This document shows, in pieces, positions 36,600-45,700 of a stretch of DNA of 64,000 nucleotides. Position numbers and translations under genes: made by a program. Under the pieces are notes generated by a model. That model was not told the DNA's origin. It saw nothing but the letters and a program-made list of their open reading frames with translations, and made no database searches. The stretch spans positions 832,001 to 896,000 of the forward strand of contig CAVVHE010000004.1 of assembly GCA_963748015.1 (NCBI GenBank), read 5' to 3'. How positions within the stretch are numbered: the first letter of the stretch is position 1; each line of letters begins with the position of its first letter. The stretch is from Terriglobia bacterium. Lineage in GTDB: Bacteria; Acidobacteriota; Polarisedimenticolia; Polarisedimenticolales; JAIQFR01.

Positions 36600-37541
36600 A
36601 TGAAGAGCGAGCTGAAAGTCTTCTCGGGGAACGGCAACCTGCGCCTGGCCCACGCGATCTGCGACTACCTGCGCATCCCGCTGGGGCAGCTGAGGCTCAC
36701 GCGCTTCAGCGACGGCGAGGTCTATTGCCAGGTGCTCGAGAACGTCCGCGGGACGGACGTCTTCGTGATCCAGCCGACCTGCAACCCCGTGAACGACAAC
36801 CTCATCGAGCTGCTCCTCGCGGTGGACGCGCTCAAGCGCTCCTCGGCCGCCCGGATCACGGCCGTCATTCCCTACTACGGCTACGCCCGGCAGGACCGCA
36901 AGGACAAGCCGCGCGTCCCGATCTCCGCGAAGCTGGTGGCGGATCTGCTGCAAGCCGCGGGAATCCAGCGGATCCTGGCGGTGGACCTGCACGCTCCCGC
37001 GATCCAGGGGTTCTTCGACGTGCCGGTGGACCACCTCCTCGCGGCGCCCGTGCTCCTCGACTGGATCGCGAGGGAACGGTTCGAGAACCTGACCATCGTC
37101 TCGCCCGACGCCGGCGGCGTGGAGCGCGCGAGGTTCTTCGCCAAGCGGCTCGGCGCCGCTCTCGCGATCATCGACAAGCGCCGGATCGAGGCGAACGTGG
37201 CGGAGACGATGCATGTCATCGGCGACGTGAGCGGGCGCAGCTGCGTGATCGTGGACGACATCGTCGATACCGCCGGGACGCTCACGGGCACCGTGCGCGC
37301 GCTCAAGGAGAAGGGGGCGTCCTCGATCACCGCGTGCTTCACGCACGCGGTGCTCTCGGGCCCGGCGATGCAGCGCCTCGCCACCCCCGATCTCGACCGG
37401 GTCGTCGTCACCGACACGATCCCGCTGTCCGAGGAGAAGGCCGCGGATCCGAAGATCGTCGTGCTCTCCGTCGCGAACCTCCTCGGGGAGGCGGTCGCGC
37501 GGATCCACGGGAACTCGTCGGTCAGCTCGCTGTTCGTCTGA
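36600..37541 (+). CDS. prs: ribose-phosphate pyrophosphokinase
   Basis: FSDGE; YGYARQDRK; DLH; SPDAGG; DDIVDTAGT. Confidence 0.98.
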   Translation: MKSELKVFSGNGNLRLAHAICDYLRIPLGQLRLTRFSDGEVYCQVLENVRGTDVFVIQPTCNPVNDNLIELLLAVDALKRSSAARITAVIPYYGYARQDRKDKPRVPISAKLVADLLQAAGIQRILAVDLHAPAIQGFFDVPVDHLLAAPVLLDWIARERFENLTIVSPDAGGVERARFFAKRLGAALAIIDKRRIEANVAETMHVIGDVSGRSCVIVDDIVDTAGTLTGTVRALKEKGASSITACFTHAVLSGPAMQRLATPDLDRVVVTDTIPLSEEKAADPKIVVLSVANLLGEAVARIHGNSSVSSLFV

Positions 37542-37693
37542 AGGGTCGCATGCGCGGCCTTGCCGGGGAAAAGGGACCTGCCCGGCGAGGTCGATGCCGC
37601 CTAGCGCGGCGGAAAAACAACACGGTCCCGGACTGGAATGGCCTCGTCCGTCCCCGCAGGGCGCGGACGGTGCGGGGCGGATGAGAGCTAGCC

Positions 37694-38389
37694 ATGATCA
37701 AGAACATCGTCGTCGAGGCCGATTCCCGCGCCGAGCGCGGAAAAAACGAGAGCCGCCGTCTCCGCCGGGCCGGCAAGGTGCCCGGAGTCGTCTACGGAGC
37801 GGGGGATCCTCCGCTCACCGTGGGACTCAGCCCGCGCCGCATCGAGGAAGTGCTGCACCTCGAGACCGGCCGGAACACCATCTTCACCCTGACCCTCGCT
37901 GGCGAAAGCCAGAAGGGCGCCGTGATGATCAAGGATCTGCAGCGAGATCCGGTCAGCGACGCTCTGCTCCACATCGACCTCATCCGCGTGCAGCTCGACA
38001 AGGCTGTGAAGGTGAGCGTCCCGATCCGCCTCGTCGGGATACCCGAGGGCGTGAAGACGGATGGGGGCGTGGTCGAGTTCATGCACCGTGAGGTCGAGGT
38101 GGAGTGCCTGCCGGCCGACATCCCGGAGCACCTCGACGTGGACATCTCGGCCCTCGCGATCAACCAGCACGTGTCGGTGTCCGCGCTCACCGTGAGCGAC
38201 AGGGTGAAGATCCTCGACGATGTCGAGGCGATCATCGCGCTCGTCGTCCCGCCGCGGGCCGAAGAGGTGGTTGCACCCGTCGAGGGGGCGCCGGAGGCCG
38301 CGGCGGAGCCCGAGGTCATCAAGAAGGGGAAGGAGGCGGCCGGCCCGGCGGAAGCCGCCCCGAAGGAGAAGGGGGCGAAGGAAAAGTAG
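37694..38389 (+). CDS. rplY: 50S ribosomal protein L25/Ctc
   Basis: GKNESRRLRRAGKVPGVVYG; QRDPV; HIDL; C-terminal Ctc domain; EPEVIKKGK. Confidence 0.96.
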   Translation: MIKNIVVEADSRAERGKNESRRLRRAGKVPGVVYGAGDPPLTVGLSPRRIEEVLHLETGRNTIFTLTLAGESQKGAVMIKDLQRDPVSDALLHIDLIRVQLDKAVKVSVPIRLVGIPEGVKTDGGVVEFMHREVEVECLPADIPEHLDVDISALAINQHVSVSALTVSDRVKILDDVEAIIALVVPPRAEEVVAPVEGAPEAAAEPEVIKKGKEAAGPAEAAPKEKGAKEK

Positions 38390-38405
38390 CCTCCCCGAAG
38401 GCGCC

Positions 38406-39011
38406 TTGAAGATCGTCCTCGGCCTCGGCAACCCGGGCGCGCGTTACGCCCGGACACGGCACAACGTGGGTTTCCGCGTGCTCGACCTTCTGGCCGAGCG
38501 TGCGGGCGCCCCTTTCTCGAGAGCCGGCGACCTCGGCGCGCTCTGCTGGACCGCCGAGGCGGTTGTCGCCGGGGCCGAGGTGCTTCTCGCCAAGCCCCGG
38601 ACCTACATGAACCGCTCGGGCAGGGCGGGCGCCGCCCTGCTCGAGCGATGCGGTGCCGTCCCCGAGGACCTCCTCGTCGTTCACGACGACGCGGACATCC
38701 CCATCGGCCGGATCCGGATCCGGGGCGGGGGAAGCGCGGGGGGGCACAACGGCTTGCGCTCGCTGATCGCCGCCCTCAGGACGACCGAGTTCCCCCGAGT
38801 CCGCCTCGGCGTGAGGGGCGCCGCGCGAGAGGACGTGGATCTCGTCGAGTACGTGCTCGAAGCCTTCGAGGACGGCGAGCTGGTCGCCGCCGACGGGATG
38901 GTAGCCGCCGGGGCGGAAGCGGTGGCGGCCGTGATCGAGGGAGGCCTGGCGGCCGCGATGAACCGCTTCAACGGGATGAAGACCCTGGCCGATTCTTCCG
39001 GAGCATGCTAG
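38406..39011 (+). CDS. pth: peptidyl-tRNA hydrolase
   Basis: GLGNPG; TRHNVGF; KPRTYMNRSG; HDD; GGHNG; TTG start. Confidence 0.96.
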   Translation: MKIVLGLGNPGARYARTRHNVGFRVLDLLAERAGAPFSRAGDLGALCWTAEAVVAGAEVLLAKPRTYMNRSGRAGAALLERCGAVPEDLLVVHDDADIPIGRIRIRGGGSAGGHNGLRSLIAALRTTEFPRVRLGVRGAAREDVDLVEYVLEAFEDGELVAADGMVAAGAEAVAAVIEGGLAAAMNRFNGMKTLADSSGAC

Positions 39012-39056
39012 AGTTCGGCCTTTGTGGACCCACGATGGTGCGGGTCCCGGAGATCC

Positions 39057-39106
39057 GGCACCCCTTGCTCCCGGCACGGACCGGGGGCGGTACGCCGTGA
39101 GGAGGT
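39057..39106 (+). promoter_or_regulatory. probable S6:S18 autoregulatory leader
   Basis: CCCCTTGCTCCCGG...CCGGGGGC hairpin whose 5' pyrimidine tract can pair with the GAGGAGG Shine-Dalgarno of rpsF. Confidence 0.5.
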
Positions 39107-39113
39107 GCGATTC

Positions 39114-39620
39114 GTGCCCACGTACGAGACTATCTTCATCACCCTGCCCACCCTCAGCGAGGACGAGGAGCGGACGGTCGTCGCACCCCTCTCGCAGCTC
39201 ATCGCCGACCGCGGCACCATGGCGGCGAACGAGCGGATCGGGCGGCGCAGGCTGGCCTACCCGATCAAGAAGTTCGAGGACGGCGTCTACACCCGGTTCC
39301 TCTACGACGCCGACCCTTCGCTGCCGAAGGAGCTCGAGAGGCGCCTCCGGATCTCCGACAAGGTCCTTCGCCAGCTGACCGTGCGGCTCGAGGAAGACTG
39401 GGCCGTGGCGGCCAAGGAGCAGGCGATCCGGGACGCGCTGGCCCGCGAGGAGGCCGAGGTAGCCCGGTTGGCGGCGGAAGCGGCGGGCATCGCTGCCGCC
39501 GCGGCCGGCGACACTCCGGTTCTCGGAGACGAGAGGACTCCTGCCGTCGCCGACGAGGACGAAGAGGAGACGGATCCGGCGCTCGAGGGCGAGGAGCCGG
39601 GAAACGACGACCGAGTTTGA
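39114..39620 (+). CDS. rpsF: 30S ribosomal protein S6 with acidic tail
   Basis: YETIFI; GRRRLAYPIKK; ELERRLRISDKVLR; GTG start after AGGAGGT. Confidence 0.95.
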   Translation: MPTYETIFITLPTLSEDEERTVVAPLSQLIADRGTMAANERIGRRRLAYPIKKFEDGVYTRFLYDADPSLPKELERRLRISDKVLRQLTVRLEEDWAVAAKEQAIRDALAREEAEVARLAAEAAGIAAAAAGDTPVLGDERTPAVADEDEEETDPALEGEEPGNDDRV

Positions 39621-39655
39621 TCGCGAGCTGCTGGTGAGCGTGGGAGAGCGGTGAC

Positions 39656-39955
39656 ATGAGCGAGATGCGAGACGGACCCCGGATGGGTGGCGAGGGCGGC
39701 GGACGCGGACGCCAACCGCGAAGCGGTGGGCGCCGACGGTTCCTGTTCCGCCGCCGGAAATACTGCAAGTTCTGCGAGGAGAAGTCCGCGTGGATCGACC
39801 ACAAGGACCTCCGCACTCTCCAGAACTACGTGCCCGAGCGCGCGAAGATCCTGCCTCGCAGGATCTCCGGGACGTGCTCGAAACACCAGCGCCAGCTGAT
39901 GCGGGCGATCAAGCGCGCGAGGAACATCGCCCTGTTGCCCTTCACGAGCGATTAG
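39656..39955 (+). CDS. rpsR: 30S ribosomal protein S18 (Zn-binding type)
   Basis: [38 protein letters not shown]. Confidence 0.97.
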   Translation: MSEMRDGPRMGGEGGGRGRQPRSGGRRRFLFRRRKYCKFCEEKSAWIDHKDLRTLQNYVPERAKILPRRISGTCSKHQRQLMRAIKRARNIALLPFTSD

Positions 39956-39974
39956 GGGCGGGGAGGAAGACGTC

Positions 39975-40424
39975 GTGAAGGTCGTTCTGAGACAGGACGT
40001 GGAGCACCTCGGCGAGCGGGGACAGATCGTGAACGTCTCTCCGGGCTTCGCCAGGAACTACCTGGTGCCGAAGAATCTGGCGATGGAGGCGACACCGGGC
40101 AACCTCCGCACGCTCGAGCTCCAGAAGAGGGGGTGGGTGGCCCGAGACGCGCGCGAGGTCGAGGATGCCCGCGCGTTCGCAGGCCGCCTGGAACGCACGC
40201 CGATCATCGTCACGAAGAAGGCGGGAGAGCACGACACGCTCTACGGGTCGGTGACGACCTCGGAGATCGCCGACCTGCTGGCCGCGAAGGGCATCGAGGT
40301 GGATCGGCGGAAGATCCAGATGGACGAGCCGATCAAGACGCTCGGGACGTTCGAGGTCCCCGTGAAGGTCCACCGCCAGGTCACGGCGAAGCTCACGGTC
40401 CAGGTCGTCAGCCAGGCAGAGTAG
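39975..40424 (+). CDS. rplI: 50S ribosomal protein L9
   Basis: MKVVL; GFARNYLVP; LYGSVT; IKTLG. Confidence 0.97.
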   Translation: MKVVLRQDVEHLGERGQIVNVSPGFARNYLVPKNLAMEATPGNLRTLELQKRGWVARDAREVEDARAFAGRLERTPIIVTKKAGEHDTLYGSVTTSEIADLLAAKGIEVDRRKIQMDEPIKTLGTFEVPVKVHRQVTAKLTVQVVSQAE

Positions 40425-40431
40425 GAGCGCG

Positions 40432-40926
40432 ATGGCCATGGAGAGCCGACCGGACCCGGCTCCCGGGTTGGACCTCCGTACCGCAAGCGCGTCGAAGACC
40501 GCGCTGGCGCTCGTGAGCGGTTGGGTCGTCCCGGGGCTCGGGCACGTCGTGCTGGGACGAGTCCGGCGAGGCGTCCTGTTCTGCGTCATCGTCATGGGCT
40601 CGTTCGCTCTCGGCATGGCTCACGACGGGCGCTTGGCGCTGCGGGACGGACGCCAACCGTTCCTGACGCTGCTACAGGTCGCGGCGAATCTCGGCGTGGG
40701 CCCCTTCGACACCGTGGCCCGCCTAGCCGTCTACGGCGAGGCCGCCTACACGATGCCGCAGGACGACTCCGGAGCCGCCTACGAGTCCCGGGCGGTGCGC
40801 ATCTTCCGCGAGCGATCCAGGGCTGCGCTGTCGGCCTACGGGACGGCGTATCTCTGGACGGCCGGGCTGATGAACTTCCTTCTGCTGTTCGACGCGTGGG
40901 ACATCGCCCGGGGGAGGAAGAGCTGA
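40432..40926 (+). CDS. hypothetical membrane protein (DUF6677-like)
   Basis: WVVPGLGH..LGR..RG; YGTAYLWTAGLMNFLLLFDAWD. Confidence 0.7.
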   Translation: MAMESRPDPAPGLDLRTASASKTALALVSGWVVPGLGHVVLGRVRRGVLFCVIVMGSFALGMAHDGRLALRDGRQPFLTLLQVAANLGVGPFDTVARLAVYGEAAYTMPQDDSGAAYESRAVRIFRERSRAALSAYGTAYLWTAGLMNFLLLFDAWDIARGRKS

Positions 40927-41099
40927 TGCCGAGCCACTTCCTCCACCTGCTGCTCTACTCGGCCCTCGTGGCCTCGTTCTTCGCTCTGCTCACGCGCAGG
41001 AGCCCGCGCGAGCGGGTCCGGCTGGCGGCGGTCATCTGGTCGTCCATGGTGCTCGGCACGCTCACCGTCGCCTACCTGATGTTCCCTTTCCCCCTTTGA
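40926..41099 (+). CDS. small two-helix membrane protein (57 aa)
   Basis: MPSHFLHLLLYSALVASFFALL...YLMFPFPL; overlaps both neighbours; start not listed separately in the ORF track. Confidence 0.65.
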   Translation: MPSHFLHLLLYSALVASFFALLTRRSPRERVRLAAVIWSSMVLGTLTVAYLMFPFPL

Positions 41100-41548
41100 G
41101 ACTCCGCCGATTTCTCGGCCTCTGGGCGCCGGTGGCCCTCTACGCCGCCGCGCTGTTCGCCGCGTCGTCGCGCAGCGGGTTCCCCGACATCGTCGCACTG
41201 TTCTGGGACAAGCTCCTCCACGCGGGGGCTTGGGCCGTGCTGACCGCCCTCGCGCTCCGCGCGACCCATGGCGGAAAAGGGCCGTTGCGGGCGGGACCGA
41301 CGCTCGCCGCGGCGGCCATCGCCGTGGGGTACGGGCTATCCGACGAGTATCACCAGTCGTTCGTCACCGGCCGGGACGCGGGCCTTCCGGACCTCCTCGC
41401 CGACTTCGTCGGGGCGGCGGTGGCCGTAGCGGCGGCCTTCGGACGACAGGTGTGGATGCGCTCGAGACCCTCGGCGCGCTCCGGAGCGAGCGGTGCGGGC
41501 CCGAGGATCTCGAACGCCGAACGGGGAGCGACGGACCTCCGTGACTGA
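41096..41548 (+). CDS. VanZ family membrane protein
   Basis: DKLLH; YGLSDEYHQSFVTGR; DLLAD. Confidence 0.85.
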   Translation: MRLRRFLGLWAPVALYAAALFAASSRSGFPDIVALFWDKLLHAGAWAVLTALALRATHGGKGPLRAGPTLAAAAIAVGYGLSDEYHQSFVTGRDAGLPDLLADFVGAAVAVAAAFGRQVWMRSRPSARSGASGAGPRISNAERGATDLRD

Positions 41549-41562
41549 TGGGGGCCAGCGGC

Positions 41563-42183
41563 TCACTTCGCCGCGGGGGCCGGCGCCGGCTTGGCCTTTA
41601 TCGCTTCGAGGTCGATCGCCGCGGTGACCTCGTTCCCGAGGAGGGTGCCGCCCGCATCCAGCACCTTGTTCCACTCGATGCCGTAGTCCTTCCTGTTCAG
41701 GACGAACGAGGCGGAGAAGCCGGCGCGCTCGTTCCCCCACGGATCCTTGGAGGTCCCGAGAAATTCGACGGGGATCGTGATCTCCTTCGTCACGCCGTGC
41801 AGGGTGAAATTCCCGGTGACCTGGTAGACGCTTCCGGCTCCCTTGGCGATCTTGGTGCTGGTGAAGGTCAGCTCGGGGAACTTCTCGACATCGAAGAAAT
41901 CCGGGCTCTTGAGGTGCGCGTCGCGCTTGGGCTCCGCCGTGTCGATGCTGGCGGCCTTGATGTTGAGGGCGACGGAGGACTTCGCGGGATCGGCGGCGTC
42001 GAGCTGGATCGTTCCCGAGAAATCGGTGAAGCGGCCGGTGACATTGGAGACGAGGTGCCGGATCTTGAAGCCGACGTTGCTGTGGGAGCGATCCATGGTG
42101 TAGGTGTCCGCCGCCATCGTCGCGGTGGCCGCGAGGGCGGTCGCGAGGAGGACGAGCGCGGGCACGAAGCGTCGGATTCTCAT
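41563..42183 (-). CDS. yceI: YceI family periplasmic isoprenoid-binding protein
   Basis: Signal peptide; HSNVGF; GRF; RDAHLKSPDFFD; GNFTLHGVTK; DPWG. Confidence 0.94.
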   Translation of the reverse strand: MRIRRFVPALVLLATALAATATMAADTYTMDRSHSNVGFKIRHLVSNVTGRFTDFSGTIQLDAADPAKSSVALNIKAASIDTAEPKRDAHLKSPDFFDVEKFPELTFTSTKIAKGAGSVYQVTGNFTLHGVTKEITIPVEFLGTSKDPWGNERAGFSASFVLNRKDYGIEWNKVLDAGGTLLGNEVTAAIDLEAIKAKPAPAPAAK

Positions 42184-42231
42184 TCGGAATCTCCTGTGCG
42201 CCGCGGAGGCCGAGGCCGCCGCGGGGAACTT

Positions 42232-42258
42232 AATAGAGGACTACTTGAGTCCACTATT
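42232..42258. promoter_or_regulatory. palindromic operator, Rrf2/IscR type-1-like
   Basis: AATAGAGGACT-ACTTG-AGTCCACTATT, 10/11 dyad symmetry, AT-rich, about 50 bp upstream of yceI. Confidence 0.7.
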
Positions 42259-42309
42259 GGGGATTGTTGCATACCCCGACCGGTGCCGCAACCCGGTTCC
42301 TCGCGGCGG

Positions 42310-43368
42310 TCACCCCGGCGGGATCGTGCGTTCCGGCTCCGCGCGCCGGACGAGCGCCGCGGCGGCGTCCACCCATTCCGGGGAAGCATTCAGGGAGGGG
42401 ACCAGGCGGAGGGACTCGCCGCCGGACGCCAGGAAGGACTCTGCCGCCCGGATCCCGATCTCCTCGAGCGTCTCGAGGCAGTCCGCGACGAACGAAGGGC
42501 ACATGACCGCGAGCCGGCGCACCCGACGGCGCGCGAGTTCCCCGAGGGCCTCCTCGGTGGACGGGCCGATCCAGGGGATCCTCCCGAGGCGTGACTGGAA
42601 CGCGACCGACCAACGTTCGCCGGGAAGCCCGAGAGCCCCCGCGAGGAGCCGCGCGGTCTCGAACGACTGGGCGCGGTAGCAGTTCCTGTTCTCCCTTCCC
42701 ACCGCGGCGCAGCAATCCGCGGACGCGAGGCAGCGCCGGGCCGGGCCGTCGGACTTGTGGATCTGTCGCTCCGGGAGCCCGTGGAAGCTGAAGAGGAGGT
42801 GGTCCGGGCCGTCCGCGTCGAGAACGGCGCGGGCTCTCGCGGCGAACGCGGAGATGAACCCTCGGTCCGCGTAGAACGGCGGCACCGTGGCCAGCAGCGG
42901 CACGTTCCAGAGCGGGGCCGCCAGGCGGTAGGCCGCTTCGAGGGCGGACCCCGTCGTCGCGGACGCCTGCTGCGGGTAGAGGGGGAACACGACGATGCTG
43001 TCGCACCCGCGGTCGCGGAGGTCCCGAAGGGCCGACGCCATGGACGGCGCGCCGTAACCCATCCCGAGCGCCACGGCGTAGGACGGGCCGAGCCGCTCGG
43101 CGAGAGCGTCGCGGAGCGCGTTGCCGTGCACCAGCAGCGGGGACCCTTCGGGCAGCCAGATCTTCCGGTACGCCTCCGCCGAGCGGGCGGGACGAAAAGG
43201 GAGGATCACGAAACGGAGGAGGAGGAACCTCGCCACGGGGTGCGTGTCCAGGACGCGGGGGTCCCTCAGGAACTCGGCGAGGTAGCGGCGCACCTCGGGG
43301 GTGCGCGGCGCGTCGGGAGTGCCGACGTTCGCGAGGAGCACGCCGACCGGCGATATGGCTGCGCCCAT
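42310..43368 (-). CDS. hemH: ferrochelatase
   Basis: LLANVGTP; YLAEFL; PLYPQ; FSFHGLP; FQSR; DCLETLEE; SLN. Confidence 0.95.
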   Translation of the reverse strand: MGAAISPVGVLLANVGTPDAPRTPEVRRYLAEFLRDPRVLDTHPVARFLLLRFVILPFRPARSAEAYRKIWLPEGSPLLVHGNALRDALAERLGPSYAVALGMGYGAPSMASALRDLRDRGCDSIVVFPLYPQQASATTGSALEAAYRLAAPLWNVPLLATVPPFYADRGFISAFAARARAVLDADGPDHLLFSFHGLPERQIHKSDGPARRCLASADCCAAVGRENRNCYRAQSFETARLLAGALGLPGERWSVAFQSRLGRIPWIGPSTEEALGELARRRVRRLAVMCPSFVADCLETLEEIGIRAAESFLASGGESLRLVPSLNASPEWVDAAAALVRRAEPERTIPPG

Positions 43369-43471
43369 CCCTCGAAGCGTAGAAGGTCCCGCGGGCCGCC
43401 GCAAGTCCCCGGGCGGCGGACCGTCTTGGGTTTCCGCCCGAGCGAGGCTATTCTCCAGCCCGGAGGTTCCC

Positions 43472-44437
43472 ATGCGACGACGCGTCCCGCCGGCCGACTT
43501 GTCGAAGGTGACCACGTATCCTCTCGCGGAGCGGCGGAACAAGGTTTCCGTGTCGGAATTTGCCAGCCCCGCCGACCCGTCCGAGCCGCTGGAGGCGTTC
43601 CTCGACGGCCTGAGCGACGTTCTGGCCGTCCGGACCCTCCGGGACCTCGCGTCCACGGTCGCGGAGGCGCTCGCGCGAGAGCGCACGGTCGCGTGGGCGA
43701 TCGGCGCGCACGTCGTGAAGGTCGGCCAGTCTCCGGTTCTGATCCGAATGATGGAGGAGGGGACGTTGACCGCGCTGGCGATGAACGGCGCGGGGGCGAT
43801 CCACGACTGGGAGATCGCGGCGATCGGCGCGACGTCCGAGGACGTGGCGGCGGGACTCCACCTGGGCCGCTTCGGGATGGCGGAAGAGACCGGGCGAGAG
43901 CTGAACGAGGCCGCGGCCGAAGCGGCATCCCGCGGAGAGGGACTCGGCGAGACGCTCGGCCGGCGCATCGTGGATTCCGGGCGGCCCTTCCGCGATCGGA
44001 GCCTCCTGGGGCGCGCGTTCGAGCTCGGCGTGCCCGCGACGGTCCACGTGGCGGTCGGGAGCGACATCGTGCACCAGCACCCGAACGCCGACGGCGCCGC
44101 CATCGGGGCCGCGACCTTCACCGACTTCCGCCGGCTGATCACGGTCGTGGGCGGCCTTTCGGGCGGGGTGTGGATCAACTGCGGGTCGGCGGTCCAGCTC
44201 CCCGAGGTCTTCCTGAAAGCGCTTTCAGTGGCGGAGAATCTCGGCCACGACGTCGCCGATTTCGCGACCGCGAACCTCGACATGATCCGGCACTACCGCA
44301 CCGAGGAGAACGTCCTGCGGCGCCCGACGGCGGGAAAGGGAAGGGCTTTCTCCCTGGTCGGTCACCACGAGATCAACGTCCCGTTGCTCGCCGCGGCGAT
44401 CGCGATCGAGCGGAAGCGCCGCGTCGCGGGACGCTGA
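43472..44437 (+). CDS. hypothetical protein with deoxyhypusine-synthase-like fold
   Basis: GAHVVKVG; NGAGAIHD; FGMAEETG; TVHVAVGSD; GSAVQLPEVFLKA; GHHE. Confidence 0.65.
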   Translation: MRRRVPPADLSKVTTYPLAERRNKVSVSEFASPADPSEPLEAFLDGLSDVLAVRTLRDLASTVAEALARERTVAWAIGAHVVKVGQSPVLIRMMEEGTLTALAMNGAGAIHDWEIAAIGATSEDVAAGLHLGRFGMAEETGRELNEAAAEAASRGEGLGETLGRRIVDSGRPFRDRSLLGRAFELGVPATVHVAVGSDIVHQHPNADGAAIGAATFTDFRRLITVVGGLSGGVWINCGSAVQLPEVFLKALSVAENLGHDVADFATANLDMIRHYRTEENVLRRPTAGKGRAFSLVGHHEINVPLLAAAIAIERKRRVAGR

Positions 44438-45471
44438 TGGCGGGCATCGTCGTCATCCAGACCGCGTTTCTCGGGGATGTGGTCCTCACGACGCCGCTCC
44501 TTCGCGAGCTTCGCCGCGCCCGGCCGGAGGTCCCGATCACGGTCGTGACGACGCCCGTGGGAGCGGAGACCCTGGCCGGCCACCCTTCCGTGGACGCGAT
44601 CGAGGTGTTCGACAAGAAGGGAAGGGACCGCGGCCCTTCCGGCGTGGCGCGCCTCTCGCGGCGCCTCCGGGCGCGCGCCCCGGAGATCGCCGTCGCGGCG
44701 CAGCGGTCGGCCAGGACCGGGCTCCTCTCGCTGCTGAGCGGCGCGGGGGCGCGCATCGGCTTCGCGGGCGCTTCCGGACGCTTCGCGTACACCCGGCGGG
44801 TGCCCTGGACGGCGGGGGATCACGCCGTTCGCCGTTACCTCGCGCTTTCCGAGCCGGCGGGCGGCGAGCCCGCAACGGCGGACCCGCGCCCGGAGATCGC
44901 CGTCGCCGCGGACGCCCGCGAGCGCGTGCGGGAGCTCCTCGCGTCCGCCGGGGTCCTGGAGGAAGAGGCGCTGCTCGCCATCGCCCCGGGCTCGATCTGG
45001 GGAACGAAGCGCTGGCTGCCCGAGGGCTTCGCCGCGATCGCGACCGCCGCCGCGTCGCGCGGGCTCGTGGCGGTCCTCGTCGGCGCCCCCGACGAGCGCC
45101 CCTTGTGCGACGAGGTGGCCGCGGCGTCGGGGTCGCGCGCGATCAACCTCGCCGGGCGATGCGGGATTCCCGATCTCGCGGCGCTCCTCGCCCGAGCCCG
45201 GGTGCTCGTCTCGAACGACAGCGGCGCCGGCCACGTCGCGAGCGCGGTCGGCACCCCCGTGATCTCGATCTTCGGCCCGACCGTCCCCGGGTTCGGATAC
45301 ACCCCGTTCGGCGAAGGGAACCGCGTCGTCGAGCACCCGGGCCTCGGATGCCGCCCCTGCGACCGCCACGGCCCGCAGGCCTGCCCGCTCGGCCACTTCC
45401 GCTGCATGCGCGAGATCGGCGCGGACAGAGTCCTCTCCGCCCTCGACGAGGTTCTCTCCGGGAGAAAGTAG
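44437..45471 (+). CDS. waaF: LPS heptosyltransferase II (GT9)
   Basis: QTAFLGDVVLTTP; APGSIWGTKRW; SNDSGAGHVA; IFGPT; CRPC...C. Confidence 0.88.
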   Translation: MAGIVVIQTAFLGDVVLTTPLLRELRRARPEVPITVVTTPVGAETLAGHPSVDAIEVFDKKGRDRGPSGVARLSRRLRARAPEIAVAAQRSARTGLLSLLSGAGARIGFAGASGRFAYTRRVPWTAGDHAVRRYLALSEPAGGEPATADPRPEIAVAADARERVRELLASAGVLEEEALLAIAPGSIWGTKRWLPEGFAAIATAAASRGLVAVLVGAPDERPLCDEVAAASGSRAINLAGRCGIPDLAALLARARVLVSNDSGAGHVASAVGTPVISIFGPTVPGFGYTPFGEGNRVVEHPGLGCRPCDRHGPQACPLGHFRCMREIGADRVLSALDEVLSGRK

Positions 45472-45482
45472 CGATTCTCCTC

Positions 45483-45670
45483 GCGACGATCGAGAGGGCG
45501 CCGTCGCGTGGCGACGATGCCCGAGGCGACGGGGCCCCCGCACGGCCGGGCGAAGAACCTCGCGCGATGGCGATAGGGTCCTCGCCATCGCGCCTGCGAG
45601 GTTCGAGCGCGGCCGATGCGGGTCGTCGCCGAGGGAGGTCGACACGCGACGGCGCCCTCTCGATCGTCGC
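45483..45670. repeat. 188-bp non-coding fold-back element with perfect 28-bp terminal inverted repeats
   Basis: GCGACGATCGAGAGGGCGCCGTCGCGTG (45483-45510) and its reverse complement (45643-45670); nested internal stems. Confidence 0.9.
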
Positions 45671-45700
45671 CCCCGCGAGAGCCACCAGCGCCGAATGCGG

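Noticed and set aside
39620..39656. No ssb/priB between rpsF and rpsR
   Set aside because: A common arrangement in many bacterial phyla.
42757..45471. 904-aa ORF ending in the GT9 domain
   Set aside because: The upstream part is antisense to hemH and off-frame to the 43472 gene; waaF starts at 44437.
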